Source of the DNA: an uncultured Actinomycetota bacterium
Lineage (GTDB): Bacteria > Actinomycetota > Actinomycetes > Actinomycetales > Micrococcaceae
Assembly: GCA_963810895.1 (NCBI GenBank)
Contig: CAWEPM010000020.1
Location: forward strand, 34,785-98,784
Direction: 5' to 3'
DNA: 64,000 nucleotides
Below are positions 23,493 to 33,425 of the stretch, piece after piece. The notes under the pieces are model-generated. The model was not told the DNA's origin and searched no databases. It saw nothing but the letters and a program-made list of their open reading frames with translations. The position numbers and the translations under genes were made by a program. Positions within the stretch are counted from its first letter, which is position 1. Each line of letters starts with the position of its first letter.

Positions 23493-24432
23493 ATGCGGGA
23501 GTCACTGACACCCGGAGTGTGGGGCGTCGTCGCCACACCATTCCAGGGCAGCAGCCTGGACGTGGACCTGGACAGCCTGGCCGGGCTCGTGGAACGCTAC
23601 GAGGCCATCGGCGCCACCGGCCTGACGGTCCTGGGCGTCTTCGGCGAAGCCGCCGCGCTGACCTCCGCGGAACGCGCGCAGGTCCTGGAGACCGCCGTCG
23701 AATGCACCGCCCTCCCGCTCGTGGTGGGCGTGACGGCACTGGCCACGCGGCCGGCCATCGAGGAAATCCTCGCTGCCCAGGCCGTCGCCGGCGAGCGCCT
23801 GGCCGCCGTGATGGTCCAGGCCAACTCGCCGCGGGCGGACACGGTGATCCGGCATCTGGACGCCATCCACCGGGCCACCGGCGCCAAGGTGGTCCTGCAG
23901 GACTACCCGCTGGCCAGCGGTGTCAGCATCACCGCCCAGTCCCTGATCACCGTGGTGCAGGCCTGCAGCTATCGTCATCGCGGTCAAGGCCGAGGCGCCG
24001 CCCACGTCCGTGGCGATCGGACAACTGACCGCGGCCCTCGACGTCTCCGTGTTCGGCGGGCTCGGCGGACAGGGACTGCTGGACGAACTCCTGGCCGGCG
24101 CCGCCGGGGCAATGACCGGCTTCTCCTACCCCGAAGCGCTCATCGCCTGCGTCCGGGCGTGGCAGTCCGACGGCTACGAGGCCGCCCGCGATGCCCTGCT
24201 GCCCTACCTGCCGCTGATCAACTTCGAACAGCAGGCACGGATCGCGCTGGCGGTCCGCAAGGAATGCCTGCACCAGCGCGGACTCATCGCCGACGCCGGC
24301 GTCCGGACCCCGGCGTCGCCGTTCCCGGAGGTCCTCCGGCCGGCCCTGCTGGCGCACCTCGCGGAGGCGGCCGAGACCCTGGAATCCGGTGCAACAACAA
24401 CGCCGGCCCTCACGACGGCGGGGAGGAACTGA
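23493..24432 (+). CDS. DapA-family (dihydrodipicolinate synthase/NAL-like) aldolase, frameshifted near 23965
   Basis: AAGGAG RBS then MRESLTPGVWGVVATPF...GLTVLGVFGEAAALT (DapA-like N-terminus). The C-terminal part continues in ORF 24010-24432 (IVIAVKAEAPP...). Confidence 0.7.
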
Positions 24433-25221
24433 TGGATCTCGGAATCAGCGGGAAGACCGCCTTCGTGGCAGCCTCCACCGGCGGACTCGGCCTCGCCATC
24501 GCCCGCGCCCTCGCCGCCGAAGGGGCGCGCGTGGCCATCACCGGCAGGCGCCAGGTCCGTGCCAAGGAGATCGTCGCCGAACTGACGGAGGCCTACGGGC
24601 CGGGCGCAGTCGCCATCGAGGCGGACCTGAGCACCGCCGAAGGCGTGGCCGCCGCCGTCGAACAGACCGTGGCGGAACTCGGCCCCATCGACATCCTCGT
24701 GCTCAACGGTCCCGGGCCCGAAGCCCGGGGCCGCGGCCACGCTCGGCGCCGAGGACATCGCCGCCGCGTTCGAACAACTCGTCAAACCGCACCACGCCCT
24801 GGTCTCGCACATCCTGCCCGGCATGCGGGAACGGCGCTGGGGACGGATCCTCGCCGTCGGTTCCAGCGGCGTCGTGGCACCGCTGCCCAACCTGGCTGTG
24901 TCCAACACCGGCCGTGCGGCACTGGCCGGCTACCTCAAGACCCTCGCCGCCGAGGTCGCCCTGGACGCCGTCACGGTCAACATGCTCCTGCCCGGCCGCA
25001 TCGCCACGGACCGGGTCGCGGAACTCGACCAGGCCGCCGCCAAGCGGCGCGGCACCACGCCCGAGGAAATCCAGCTCGAATCCCGCAAGACCATCCCCGC
25101 CCGCCGCTACGGCGAACCCGAGGAATTCGGCGCCGCCGCCGCGTTCCTCTGCAGCGCCCCGGCCTCCTACATCACCGGCGTGGCGCTGCGGTGCGACGGC
25201 GGCCTGATCCGCGGGCTCTAG
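24432..25221 (+). CDS. short-chain dehydrogenase/reductase (SDR), frameshifted near 24720
   Basis: [22 protein letters not shown] (TGxxxGxG Rossmann motif) N-terminus, then the C-terminal part in ORF 24823-25221. The shift falls in the GC homopolymer run ggtcccgggcccgaagcccgggg. Confidence 0.75.
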
Positions 25222-25270
25222 CCCCGCCACTCCGCCCCTTTCTTCCAGACCACTCTTCAGAAGGAACCCC

Positions 25271-26771
25271 ATGACTTCCACCGTTACAGATGTAACCACC
25301 ACCGCCACCCCCGCCGAGCGGGACCTCATCACCGCCCGGCACCTCATCAACGGCGAATGGCTCGGCGAGGCCGACACCAAACGTATGAACCCGGCCCGCC
25401 CCGGCGAGCTCGCGGCGCTCTCCCCCAGCGGCACCGCGGCCGACGTCGACGCCGCCATCAGCGCCGCCACCGCCGCGCAGCCGGCCTGGGCCGCCCTGCC
25501 CGCCCCCGCCCGCGGCGCCATCCTCATGGCCGCCGGCGACCTCCTGCTGGACCGCCAGGCCGCGATCGCCGGGGACCTCGTCCGCGAGGAAGGCAAGACC
25601 CTCGCCGAGGCCAAGGGCGAGGTCAAGCGCGCCTCGGACGTGCTGCGGTTCTTCGGCTCGCTCGGCTGGGCCGCCACCGGCGAGGTGCTGCCCAGCGGCC
25701 TGCCGGACACCACCATCACCACCCGCCGCGAGGCTCTCGGCGTCGTCGGGCTCATCACGCCGTGGAACTTCCCCATCGCCATCCCGGCCTGGAAGTCCGC
25801 CCCGGCGCTGATCAGCGGCAACGCCGTGGTCATCAAGCCGGCCGAGCTCACCCCGCTCTCCGCCACCCACCTGGCCCGCGCCCTGCAGGACGCCGGACTG
25901 CCCGCCGGCGTGTTCAACGTGGTCCACGGCAAGGGCCGCGTGGTGGGCGACGCCCTGGCCCGCGATCCCGCGCATCGCCGGGCTGTCCTTCACCGGCTCC
26001 ACCAACGTGGGCCTGGGCCTGCAGGAGATCCTGAACGCCCGCCGCGCCCGGGTCCAGCTCGAAATGGGCGGCAAGAACGGCGTCCTGGTCCTGGACGACG
26101 CCGATCCCCGCAAGGCCGCCAAGGTGGTGGCCGCCGGTGCGTTCGGGCTCACCGGCCAGGCCTGCACCGCGACCTCCCGCGTCTACGTCACCCCCGGCAT
26201 CCGCGAGGTCTTCCTCGCGGCCCTCACCGAGGAAGCCGCGGCGTACACCCCCGGCGACGGCCTCGGCCGTGATGGATCGGTCGGCGCCGCCATGGGCGCC
26301 GTCGTGAGCAGCCAGCAGTTCGAACAGAACCAGGCGGCGGTGCGCACCGCCGTCGAACGCGGCGCCACGCTGCTGCACGGTGCCTACGACGGCGGCGCGG
26401 ACGCCGGTTTCCTCTTCCCGGCCGCCATCCTCACGGACCTGCCGTTCGACGACGCCGCCGTGACCGAAGAGATTTTCGGACCCGTGGTGGCCGTCCTCGA
26501 GGTCCCGGACTACGAGGCAGGACTCGCCGCGATCAACGATTCCCGTTACGGCCTCACCGCGGGCATCTGCACCGACTCGCTGGCGTTCGCCACCGACTTC
26601 GCCGCGCGCGCCCAGGCCGGCGTCATCAAGGTCAACCGTCCGACGGCGGGCCTGGACCTGAATGTGCCGTTCGGCGGCGTCAAGGACTCCTCCACCAACA
26701 CGTTCCGCGAGCAGGGGAAGTCGGCGCTGGACTTCTTCACGTGGGGCAAGACCGTCTACACGGGTGTGTAG
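25271..26771 (+). CDS. NAD(P)-dependent aldehyde dehydrogenase, frameshifted near 25965
   Basis: ALDH motifs [21 protein letters not shown] and the catalytic Cys region GQACTA, split across ORFs 25271-26272 and 26007-26771. Confidence 0.8.
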
Positions 26772-26777
26772 CCTGCC

Positions 26778-27107
26778 ATGACGTATGTGATCGCGCAGCC
26801 CTGCGTGGATGTGAAGGACAAGGCGTGCATCGAGGAATGCCCGGTGGACTGCATCTACGAGGGCGAACGCTCGCTCTACATCCACCCGTCCGAGTGCGTG
26901 GACTGCGGCGCCTGCGATCCCGTGTGCCCGGTCGAGGCCATCTACTACTCGGACGACGTCCCGGACGAGTGGGCCGACTACGTGCGGGCCAATGTGGAGT
27001 TCTTCGAGGAGCTGGGGTCGCCGCAGGGCGCCTCGGCCCTCGGGAACCTGCACCGCGACCACCCCGTGGTGGCGGACGCGCCGGCGACGGCAGGAGCCAT
27101 CGGCTGA
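26778..27107 (+). CDS. fdxA: 7Fe ferredoxin
   Basis: 109 aa, [27 protein letters not shown]...[16 protein letters not shown], with both Cys clusters present. Confidence 0.85.
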   Translation: MTYVIAQPCVDVKDKACIEECPVDCIYEGERSLYIHPSECVDCGACDPVCPVEAIYYSDDVPDEWADYVRANVEFFEELGSPQGASALGNLHRDHPVVADAPATAGAIG

Positions 27108-27231
27108 CGCCGTGACTTATGGCTCTAGTCGCCGGCGGGCGGCCTGAGGAGCATCACAAGGGTCAGGACTGTGCCCGGCCAGGGGCATCCTCCGACCCCG
27201 AGTGCAAACCCGACCTGCAAGAAGGACCGTC

Positions 27232-28491
27232 ATGTCGGTGGCCTGGATTCGCGCATCATCACGCCGGCTCACGGCCGCAGTCGTCGCCGTCGTGCTCACG
27301 GCGGCCCTGGGCGGGTGCAGTCCCGGGCCGGAGCCGCCGGCCCAGCCGCTCTCGCCCGATTCCGGCTACCGGGCAGTGCTCGAAGAGTTCAGCAGGAGAA
27401 TGCTCGACGACGGCGCCCCCGCCGTGCTCATCCAGGTCCGCGTGGGCGGGGACGAATGGTCCGCGGCGTACGGTGTCCGGAACCTGGACAGCGGCTCCCG
27501 GGCCGAGACAACGGACCCTGTCCACGTCGGCGGCGTCACCAAGTCCATGGTGGCGGTCTGCGTGCTGAAACTGGTCGAGGAAGGCCGGATCCAGCTGGAC
27601 GCGCCGGTCAGCACCTACCTGCCGGACTTTGACAAGGTCACCCACGCTCCGGGACCCGTCACCGTCCGCCAGCTGCTGCAGCATCGTTCCGGGATGCCAT
27701 CCGTGGACGGGCCGCTGTACGATCCCGCCACTGTCCAGCAGGCCCTGACCACCAAAGTGAGCCTGGCGGACCTGCTGGCCATGGCGGGCCGCATATCGTG
27801 GCAGGCGAAGCTGGCCCAGGGATTTGAGTACTCCAACTCGAACTACATTGCCCTGGCGCTGATCGTCGAGCGCCTGCGGGGCCGGCCGATCGGCGAGGTG
27901 ATCCGCACCGACATCATCGAGCCGCTCGGGTTGACCGGAACCTCGATGACGGCGGCCGGGCCTCCGCCGTCGTCCATGGTCCACGGCTACATCACGCTGG
28001 ACCGCAAACGGCTCGACGTCACCTACCCGGCGGCCCAGATCGACAACGCCGCCGGCGGCATGGTGTCCTCCATGGCGGACGTGAATACGTTCTACCGCGC
28101 TTTGCTGCAGGACCGGCTGCTCAAGGCCGATACGATCACGCAGATGCAGAGCCCGCTCTACGCCAGGTACGGGCTCGGCGTGGTCCGCTGGAACGACCTC
28201 TGCACGAACGACTTCTACTATGGCCATCCCGGCGACGTTCCCGGCTACGGCACCATCGCCATGACCAGCTCCGACGGAACCCGGCAGCTCGCCATGGCCG
28301 TGGCCTTCCCGCCGGAACCGCTCCAGTCCGGCGCCCCCCGCATCCTGCAGGAAATGCAGGCCATCGCGGAGGATACCCTCAACGCCACGTGCCAGACCGG
28401 GCCGTCAACGCCTGTCCAGGCTGCCGCAGGCAGTCCGGCTAGCGACGCGTCAGGCTACGTGACACTACGGCAAGAGTCACTGCGACAATAG
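27232..28491 (+). CDS. beta-lactamase/DD-peptidase (R61-like) family lipoprotein with substituted active-site residues
   Basis: Lipobox LGGC. Aligns to Streptomyces R61 DD-peptidase (VGSVTKSF...[10 protein letters not shown] vs VGGVTKSM...LKLVEEGRI), but the SxxK Ser is Gly (GGC codon) and HTG is HPG. The YSNSNY motif is conserved. Confidence 0.7.
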   Translation: MSVAWIRASSRRLTAAVVAVVLTAALGGCSPGPEPPAQPLSPDSGYRAVLEEFSRRMLDDGAPAVLIQVRVGGDEWSAAYGVRNLDSGSRAETTDPVHVGGVTKSMVAVCVLKLVEEGRIQLDAPVSTYLPDFDKVTHAPGPVTVRQLLQHRSGMPSVDGPLYDPATVQQALTTKVSLADLLAMAGRISWQAKLAQGFEYSNSNYIALALIVERLRGRPIGEVIRTDIIEPLGLTGTSMTAAGPPPSSMVHGYITLDRKRLDVTYPAAQIDNAAGGMVSSMADVNTFYRALLQDRLLKADTITQMQSPLYARYGLGVVRWNDLCTNDFYYGHPGDVPGYGTIAMTSSDGTRQLAMAVAFPPEPLQSGAPRILQEMQAIAEDTLNATCQTGPSTPVQAAAGSPASDASGYVTLRQESLRQ

Positions 28492-28495
28492 GCAG

Positions 28496-29494
28496 ATGAC
28501 AGCCATCATCCTCGTCTGGAACCCGGACGAATGGAACGAGTGGACCTACCCGGCAGTCCTGGACGAGGTGGCCGAAACCGGCTGGTTCCTGGCCAGCTGG
28601 GAGGTAGGCAACGCGGACGTGGGCGGCTCCGACGTCGAGGGCCGTGAGGGCGGCTCCGACGTGGAGGACCGTGAGGCCGGCAACGTGGAGGCGGGCGGCC
28701 GGGAGGCCGGCGGCCAGGCGGAGTTCGCCGCCTCCGGCACGGAGGCGTGGCTCCTGCTCCAGGGCCGCCACGGACGCGGCCTGATCGGCCACGGCGTCAT
28801 CGTCTCGGAGCGGCCGGCACCCCGCCTTCCAGAACCGGACGCCCCAGAATCGGACGCCGGGATCACCGCGCCGGCCGGTTCCCGGCTCTACGTCCGCGTG
28901 GCCTTCGACGCCCTCCTGCCCGCCGGGGACCAAATCCCGCCCGGGGTCCTCAAGGAGGCCGTGCCCGGCATCGACTGGGACGCGCTGCACGGCTCCGGAC
29001 TGGCCATCGAACCGACCGTCGAGCCCCTGCTCCGCGGACTTTGGGACGAGTTCGGCCCGCGGCCGGGGGCCGACCCCACCCAGCCCCTGCCCGGCACCGT
29101 CCCGGCGGCAGCGGTCAGCCGCGTCGAGGTGAACCGGTATGAGCACAGCCCCGACGCGCGGCGGGCCTGCATCGCCCATCACGGAACCAGCTGCGCCGTC
29201 TGCGGGTTCTCGTTTGAAATCGCGTACGGGGAGATCGGCAAGGAGTTCATCCCGGTCCACCATCTTGTCCCGATGTCACAGCTGGGCAGCCACTATGAGC
29301 TGGACCCCGTCACGGACCTCGTGCCGCTCTGCGCCAACTGCCATGCCATGGCGCACCACGGAGTGAGCACGCCGCGCACGGTCGCGGAACTGCGCCGGAT
29401 CATGGCCGCCGCCGGGTACCTGGCCGGACACGCGCTGAGCCCGGACGAACTCCAGGCCCAGCAGGACGCCCGGCGGATCCTCGAACAGCAATAA
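28496..29494 (+). CDS. HNH endonuclease with uncharacterised N-terminal region
   Basis: C-terminal HNH motif CIAHHGTSCAVCGF...HHLVPMS...LCANCHAMAHH. N-terminal roughly 200 aa have no recognisable domain and contain an acidic tandem repeat GGSDVEGREGGSDVEDREAGNVEAGGREAGG. Confidence 0.7.
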   Translation: MTAIILVWNPDEWNEWTYPAVLDEVAETGWFLASWEVGNADVGGSDVEGREGGSDVEDREAGNVEAGGREAGGQAEFAASGTEAWLLLQGRHGRGLIGHGVIVSERPAPRLPEPDAPESDAGITAPAGSRLYVRVAFDALLPAGDQIPPGVLKEAVPGIDWDALHGSGLAIEPTVEPLLRGLWDEFGPRPGADPTQPLPGTVPAAAVSRVEVNRYEHSPDARRACIAHHGTSCAVCGFSFEIAYGEIGKEFIPVHHLVPMSQLGSHYELDPVTDLVPLCANCHAMAHHGVSTPRTVAELRRIMAAAGYLAGHALSPDELQAQQDARRILEQQ

Positions 29495-29529
29495 CGGCAG
29501 CAGTAACGCAGTACACAGCAGTACCGTCC

Positions 29530-30936
29530 TCAGGCGGACCACACCTGCCGGAACTTGCCGCTGCGGTCCGGCCGGGGCGGCTCATCGGCAAACCGGACGT
29601 CGACGCCGTCGGCGCCTTGGGCCGCGAAGAACTGACGCAGGCGTTCCCCCACCGCCGCCCGCACGTCCGCCGTCGCGGCTTCCGGCCACAGCTCGAGCCG
29701 CACGGTGAGCGACCGCGCCCCGGTGCGGATCGCCTGGAACCGGCGGACGCCGGCGGTTTCCTCGATCACCGTGCCCAGCGCCAGCGGCAGCACCGTCACC
29801 ACACCCCCGTCGGCACCAGCGTCAGCGCCAGCGGCAGCGGCAGCAAACCTCAGCACGTCGCCGCTGCGGCCCTCGACCCGCAGTGCGGGAAACACGCTGC
29901 CGCAAGCGCACGGGCCGGGAACCAGCTGCACCCGGTCGCCGAGGTTGTAGCGGATGAGGGGCTGGACCCGGTTGGCCAGGTTGGTGACCAGCACCGTGTG
30001 GGAGAGTTCACCGGCCGGGACGGGCTGGTAGTTCTCGTCCACCGGCTCCACGATGTACCAGTCCGCGTTGACGTGGAACAGTCCCTCCCGGCACCGGCTG
30101 GTCAGGGCCAGGGCCTCCGAGGCAAGATACCGCACGGTGGCACGGCAGCCGAGGGCCGCCTCGATGTCCGCCGCCCCGCTGGCCGCCAAGCCTTCGCCGG
30201 ACGCGATTGCCAGGACGGGATGGATCCTGAGCCGTCCCGACTTTTGTTCGGCGGCCAGTTGCAGCATGGCGCTCGGATACCCGTAGAGCATGGTCGGTTG
30301 GAAGTCGTTGAGCTCCGCCACGAGTTCCGGGAGCGGCCGGAGCACGGAGAACACGCGGACCCGGCGGGCGATGTGCGGGCTGCGGCGCCGCGCCGTTTCC
30401 GTCAGCACGACGCCGGCAAAGTGGTCCCCGTCCGCGATCAGCGCCGCTGCCCGCAGCCCCCGGCGCAGGAAGGCCCGGGTCTCCGCAGCCGTCATCAGGG
30501 TCCGCCGTTCGCGGATCCGGGCGAGGAGGTTCGCCACGAGCCACGAGTTCCGGTCCTGGACCAGGACCGCGGGTTCTCCCGTGGACCCCGACGTCGTCAT
30601 GACCAGGTATTGCCCGCGGTAGAAGCCGCCGATGCGCGAGGGGTCGCCGAGGAGGTCCTCCTTCAGGCCGGCGAGCGTGATGTGGGGGTCGGTCACCCAG
30701 TCATCGAAATTCTGCATGAGTTCGCGCTTGCCCACCGGAGGCAGCTCCCGCAGATTCGTGACCAGGTCCGTGACTGTGTCCGGCACGTCCCGGTACAGCC
30801 TGCGGTAGAAGGGCGAGGCGGACCGCGCGTAGTCGACGAGCACGGCGAGCCGGTCCCGCTGCCGGCGGGCGATCGCGTCCTGGCTGGCCCGCTCGGCCCG
30901 CCAGATGTCCCACGCGATCCCGGTCATCTGCGTCAT
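29530..30936 (-). CDS. phenylacetate-CoA ligase (PaaK)-like adenylate-forming enzyme family protein
   Basis: AMP-binding motif VMTTSGSTGEP and F390-synthetase/PaaK-like overall organisation. Start uncertain; the ORF extends to 31014. Confidence 0.6.
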   Translation of the reverse strand: MTQMTGIAWDIWRAERASQDAIARRQRDRLAVLVDYARSASPFYRRLYRDVPDTVTDLVTNLRELPPVGKRELMQNFDDWVTDPHITLAGLKEDLLGDPSRIGGFYRGQYLVMTTSGSTGEPAVLVQDRNSWLVANLLARIRERRTLMTAAETRAFLRRGLRAAALIADGDHFAGVVLTETARRRSPHIARRVRVFSVLRPLPELVAELNDFQPTMLYGYPSAMLQLAAEQKSGRLRIHPVLAIASGEGLAASGAADIEAALGCRATVRYLASEALALTSRCREGLFHVNADWYIVEPVDENYQPVPAGELSHTVLVTNLANRVQPLIRYNLGDRVQLVPGPCACGSVFPALRVEGRSGDVLRFAAAAAGADAGADGGVVTVLPLALGTVIEETAGVRRFQAIRTGARSLTVRLELWPEAATADVRAAVGERLRQFFAAQGADGVDVRFADEPPRPDRSGKFRQVWSA

Positions 30937-31256
30937 CCCGGGAGGAGAGCTGCGCATCACCATCACCCTTTCGCGGGCCCGGCAGTCCTGGTCCCCGCCT
31001 ATCCACGCTTGCACGCTCTTTCACGCTCGCACGGCGGCGGCCGCCCCAACAGGGGCTTTCGGCACCGGCAGTATTCCGATGCGGCATCGGGATCGCCGAT
31101 TTGCTGGACTTACCGGCAGGAAGCACCTCAGACTGTGTACAACGGCTGGCTGGGCGGCGCCGCAATTCCTGCCGCCAGGCCTGCCGGGGACTACCAGCAG
31201 CATCGTTTGGGGCTTTGCTTTACACCTTTTCCACCGCCGTGAAGGGACCTGGTTAT

Positions 31257-32694
31257 ATGCCGGACTTGTCAGTTTTCTACCCGCTCATTTCGATCATCGT
31301 CGGGGCGGCCGTGGTCATCGGCGTCATCTGGGTGGCAACAAAACTGATGTGGAAGGTGGCTGAACCGAACGAGGCCCTCATCATCTCCGGGCTGACGCGC
31401 GGCACGCTGGAGACCCGGGAGGGGATGGACTTCAAGATCGTCACGGGCAAGGGGGCCCTGGTGCTACCGGGCCTGCAGACAGTGCGGCCGCTGTCCCTGA
31501 CGCTGAACGAAACCGAACTCAAGGTCTCCTGCGTGACCTCCCAGGGCATCCAGGTAATTGTCGACGGCGTGGTCATCTACAAGATCGGGGATGCCCCGCC
31601 GTTCATTGCCAACGCCGCCCGGCGGTTCCTGGGCCAGCAGCCCAAGATGGAAAGCCAGGTCTACAACGTCTTCGAAGGCCACCTTCGCTCGATCATCGGC
31701 AGCATGACGGTCGAGGAAATCATCCGCGAGCGCGACAAGCTGGCATCCCAGGTCCGCAGCGCCAGCGGCGTCGAGATGGAAAAGCTGGGGCTGGTGGTCG
31801 ATTCGCTGCAGATCAAGGACCTCCAGGACCCCACGGGCTACATCCAGAACATCGCCAAGCCGCACATTGCCCAGGTCAAGATGGAGGCCCGGATCGCGGA
31901 AGCCACCCGGAACCGCGAGGCGGCGGAAAAGGAAGCGGAAGCCGAAGCCATGATCGCCGACGCCCAGAGCTTGTCCGCGATCCGGCAGTCCGAGGCGCAG
32001 GCCAATGCCGAACGCGCCAAGGCAAACGCGGCGCAGGCCGGCCCGTTGGCCGACGCCACGGCGCGCCAGCAGGTGGTGGTCCAGGAAACCGAGGTGGCCA
32101 AGCTCGAGGCCGACCGGGAGGAACAGAAGCTCCAGACCACCGTCCGCAAGCCCGCCGATGCGAGGGCCTATGCCAAGCGCACCGATGCCGAGGGCCAGAA
32201 GTCCGCGGACATCAGCGCGGCCGAGGCCCTGGCCCGGCGCACGGAACTCGAGGCCCAGGCCAACGCGCGCCGGACCGAACTGCAGGCCCAGGCGAACGCG
32301 AACGCGGCAGCGGCGGCTGCCGGGGCCACCCGGGTCACCGGCGAGGCCGAGGCCGCCGCCACGAAGGCGCGCGGCGATGCCAGCCGCCTCCGCCATCAAG
32401 GCCAAGGCACTGGCCGAGGCGGACGGCATCAAGGCCCGTGCCGAGGCGCTCGCAACCAACCAGGACGCCGTCATCTCCCAGCAGCTCGCCGAGAACATGC
32501 CGGCCATCGTGGCGGCGGCGGCCGAGCCGTTTGCGCACGTCGGCCAGATGACCGTCCTCAACGGCGGCGAAGGGGTCAACCAGATGATCGGCGGGATTAT
32601 GGCACAGGTGGGCAACTACCTCCCGGCGCTCTCCAACGCGCTCAAGAACGGCAGGGACGCCGGCAAGCGGAACCCGAAGGCTCCGGAAGCGTAG
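31257..32694 (+). CDS. flotillin / SPFH-domain protein, frameshifted near 32390
   Basis: N-terminal TM helix, SPFH domain, then a long Ala/Glu-rich coiled coil. The C-terminal part continues in the frame of ORF 32005-32694 (AIKAKALAEADGIKARAEA...). Confidence 0.75.
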
Positions 32695-32740
32695 GGCTGC
32701 CGTGCGTGCGGAGATCCGGGGGTTCTGATGCACTGGGTTT

Positions 32741-32983
32741 GTGATGCATAAGGATGTTGACCGGAGCCTGACCGGAAAAATCGGGCGCGTCACCGGACGG
32801 ATCGGCCCGGGCACCATCGGCGAGGTCATGCTCCCCGTCCGCGGCGGAACCAGCGCGTTCCATGCCCACCCGTTCGACAAGAGCAGCGTCTTCGCCGTCG
32901 GCGAGCAGGTCCTGGTCATCTATTTCGAACCGCCCCAGACCGTGTTTGTGGACGAACTCCCGGACGTGCTCAAGGGCGATTGA
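32741..32983 (+). CDS. NfeD-like OB-fold protein (short form)
   Basis: 80 aa, GKIGRVTGRIGPGTIGEVMLPVRGG...VLVIYFEP, typical of the NfeD C-terminal beta-barrel, immediately downstream of flotillin. Confidence 0.6.
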   Translation: MMHKDVDRSLTGKIGRVTGRIGPGTIGEVMLPVRGGTSAFHAHPFDKSSVFAVGEQVLVIYFEPPQTVFVDELPDVLKGD

Positions 32984-33425
32984 CCCCCTCTGGACGCTAG
33001 GAGGCGACCGGCGTATCCTGAAGTTCCGTCGCCTCTGGAGGTATTTCAGATGGAAGGCAATATGCGCGAGCGTGGCCCGGCTGTCGAGGTTACCGATGGT
33101 TTCCGGCATGCTGGCCCGCGGCCCGGTCGGCAATTGGCCCGATCCGCTATAGCCCGTCCTTTCGTCATGCTGTCCGGCACCGCCGTTCTGTCGGGGTGCG
33201 CCTTGGACTCATGGCCGCGGTCGTTTACGCCCTCTTAGAGCCTCCCGCCCTGCTTCGCCTTCGTTCCTCCCAGCCGCGCCTACGTTGACCGCGTTCGGCT
33301 CCGCTCCTGCCTGAACCACGGCCGGTTCCGCTCCCGCCTGACCGCGCCCACCTGTTAACCCACTCTTCCCCTGCCGGCCACGCCCGCTCCCCCGCGCCGC
33401 AAGCCGCCGCCCGCACCGTGGAGGA

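Noticed and set aside
22614-25274. 886-aa ORF spanning enoyl-CoA hydratase through SDR
   Set aside because: Its translation is low-complexity R/G/P garbage between the recognisable segments. It is a GC-rich frame artefact that happens to stay open across four real, differently framed genes.
29617-31242. 541-aa plus-strand ORF
   Set aside because: It is antisense to the PaaK-like ligase.
32984-33425. CT-rich repeated motifs (ccgctcc.gcctga.c) between NfeD and the GT4 gene
   Set aside because: They are short, imperfect and low-complexity. Nothing beyond a promoter-region spacer could be supported.
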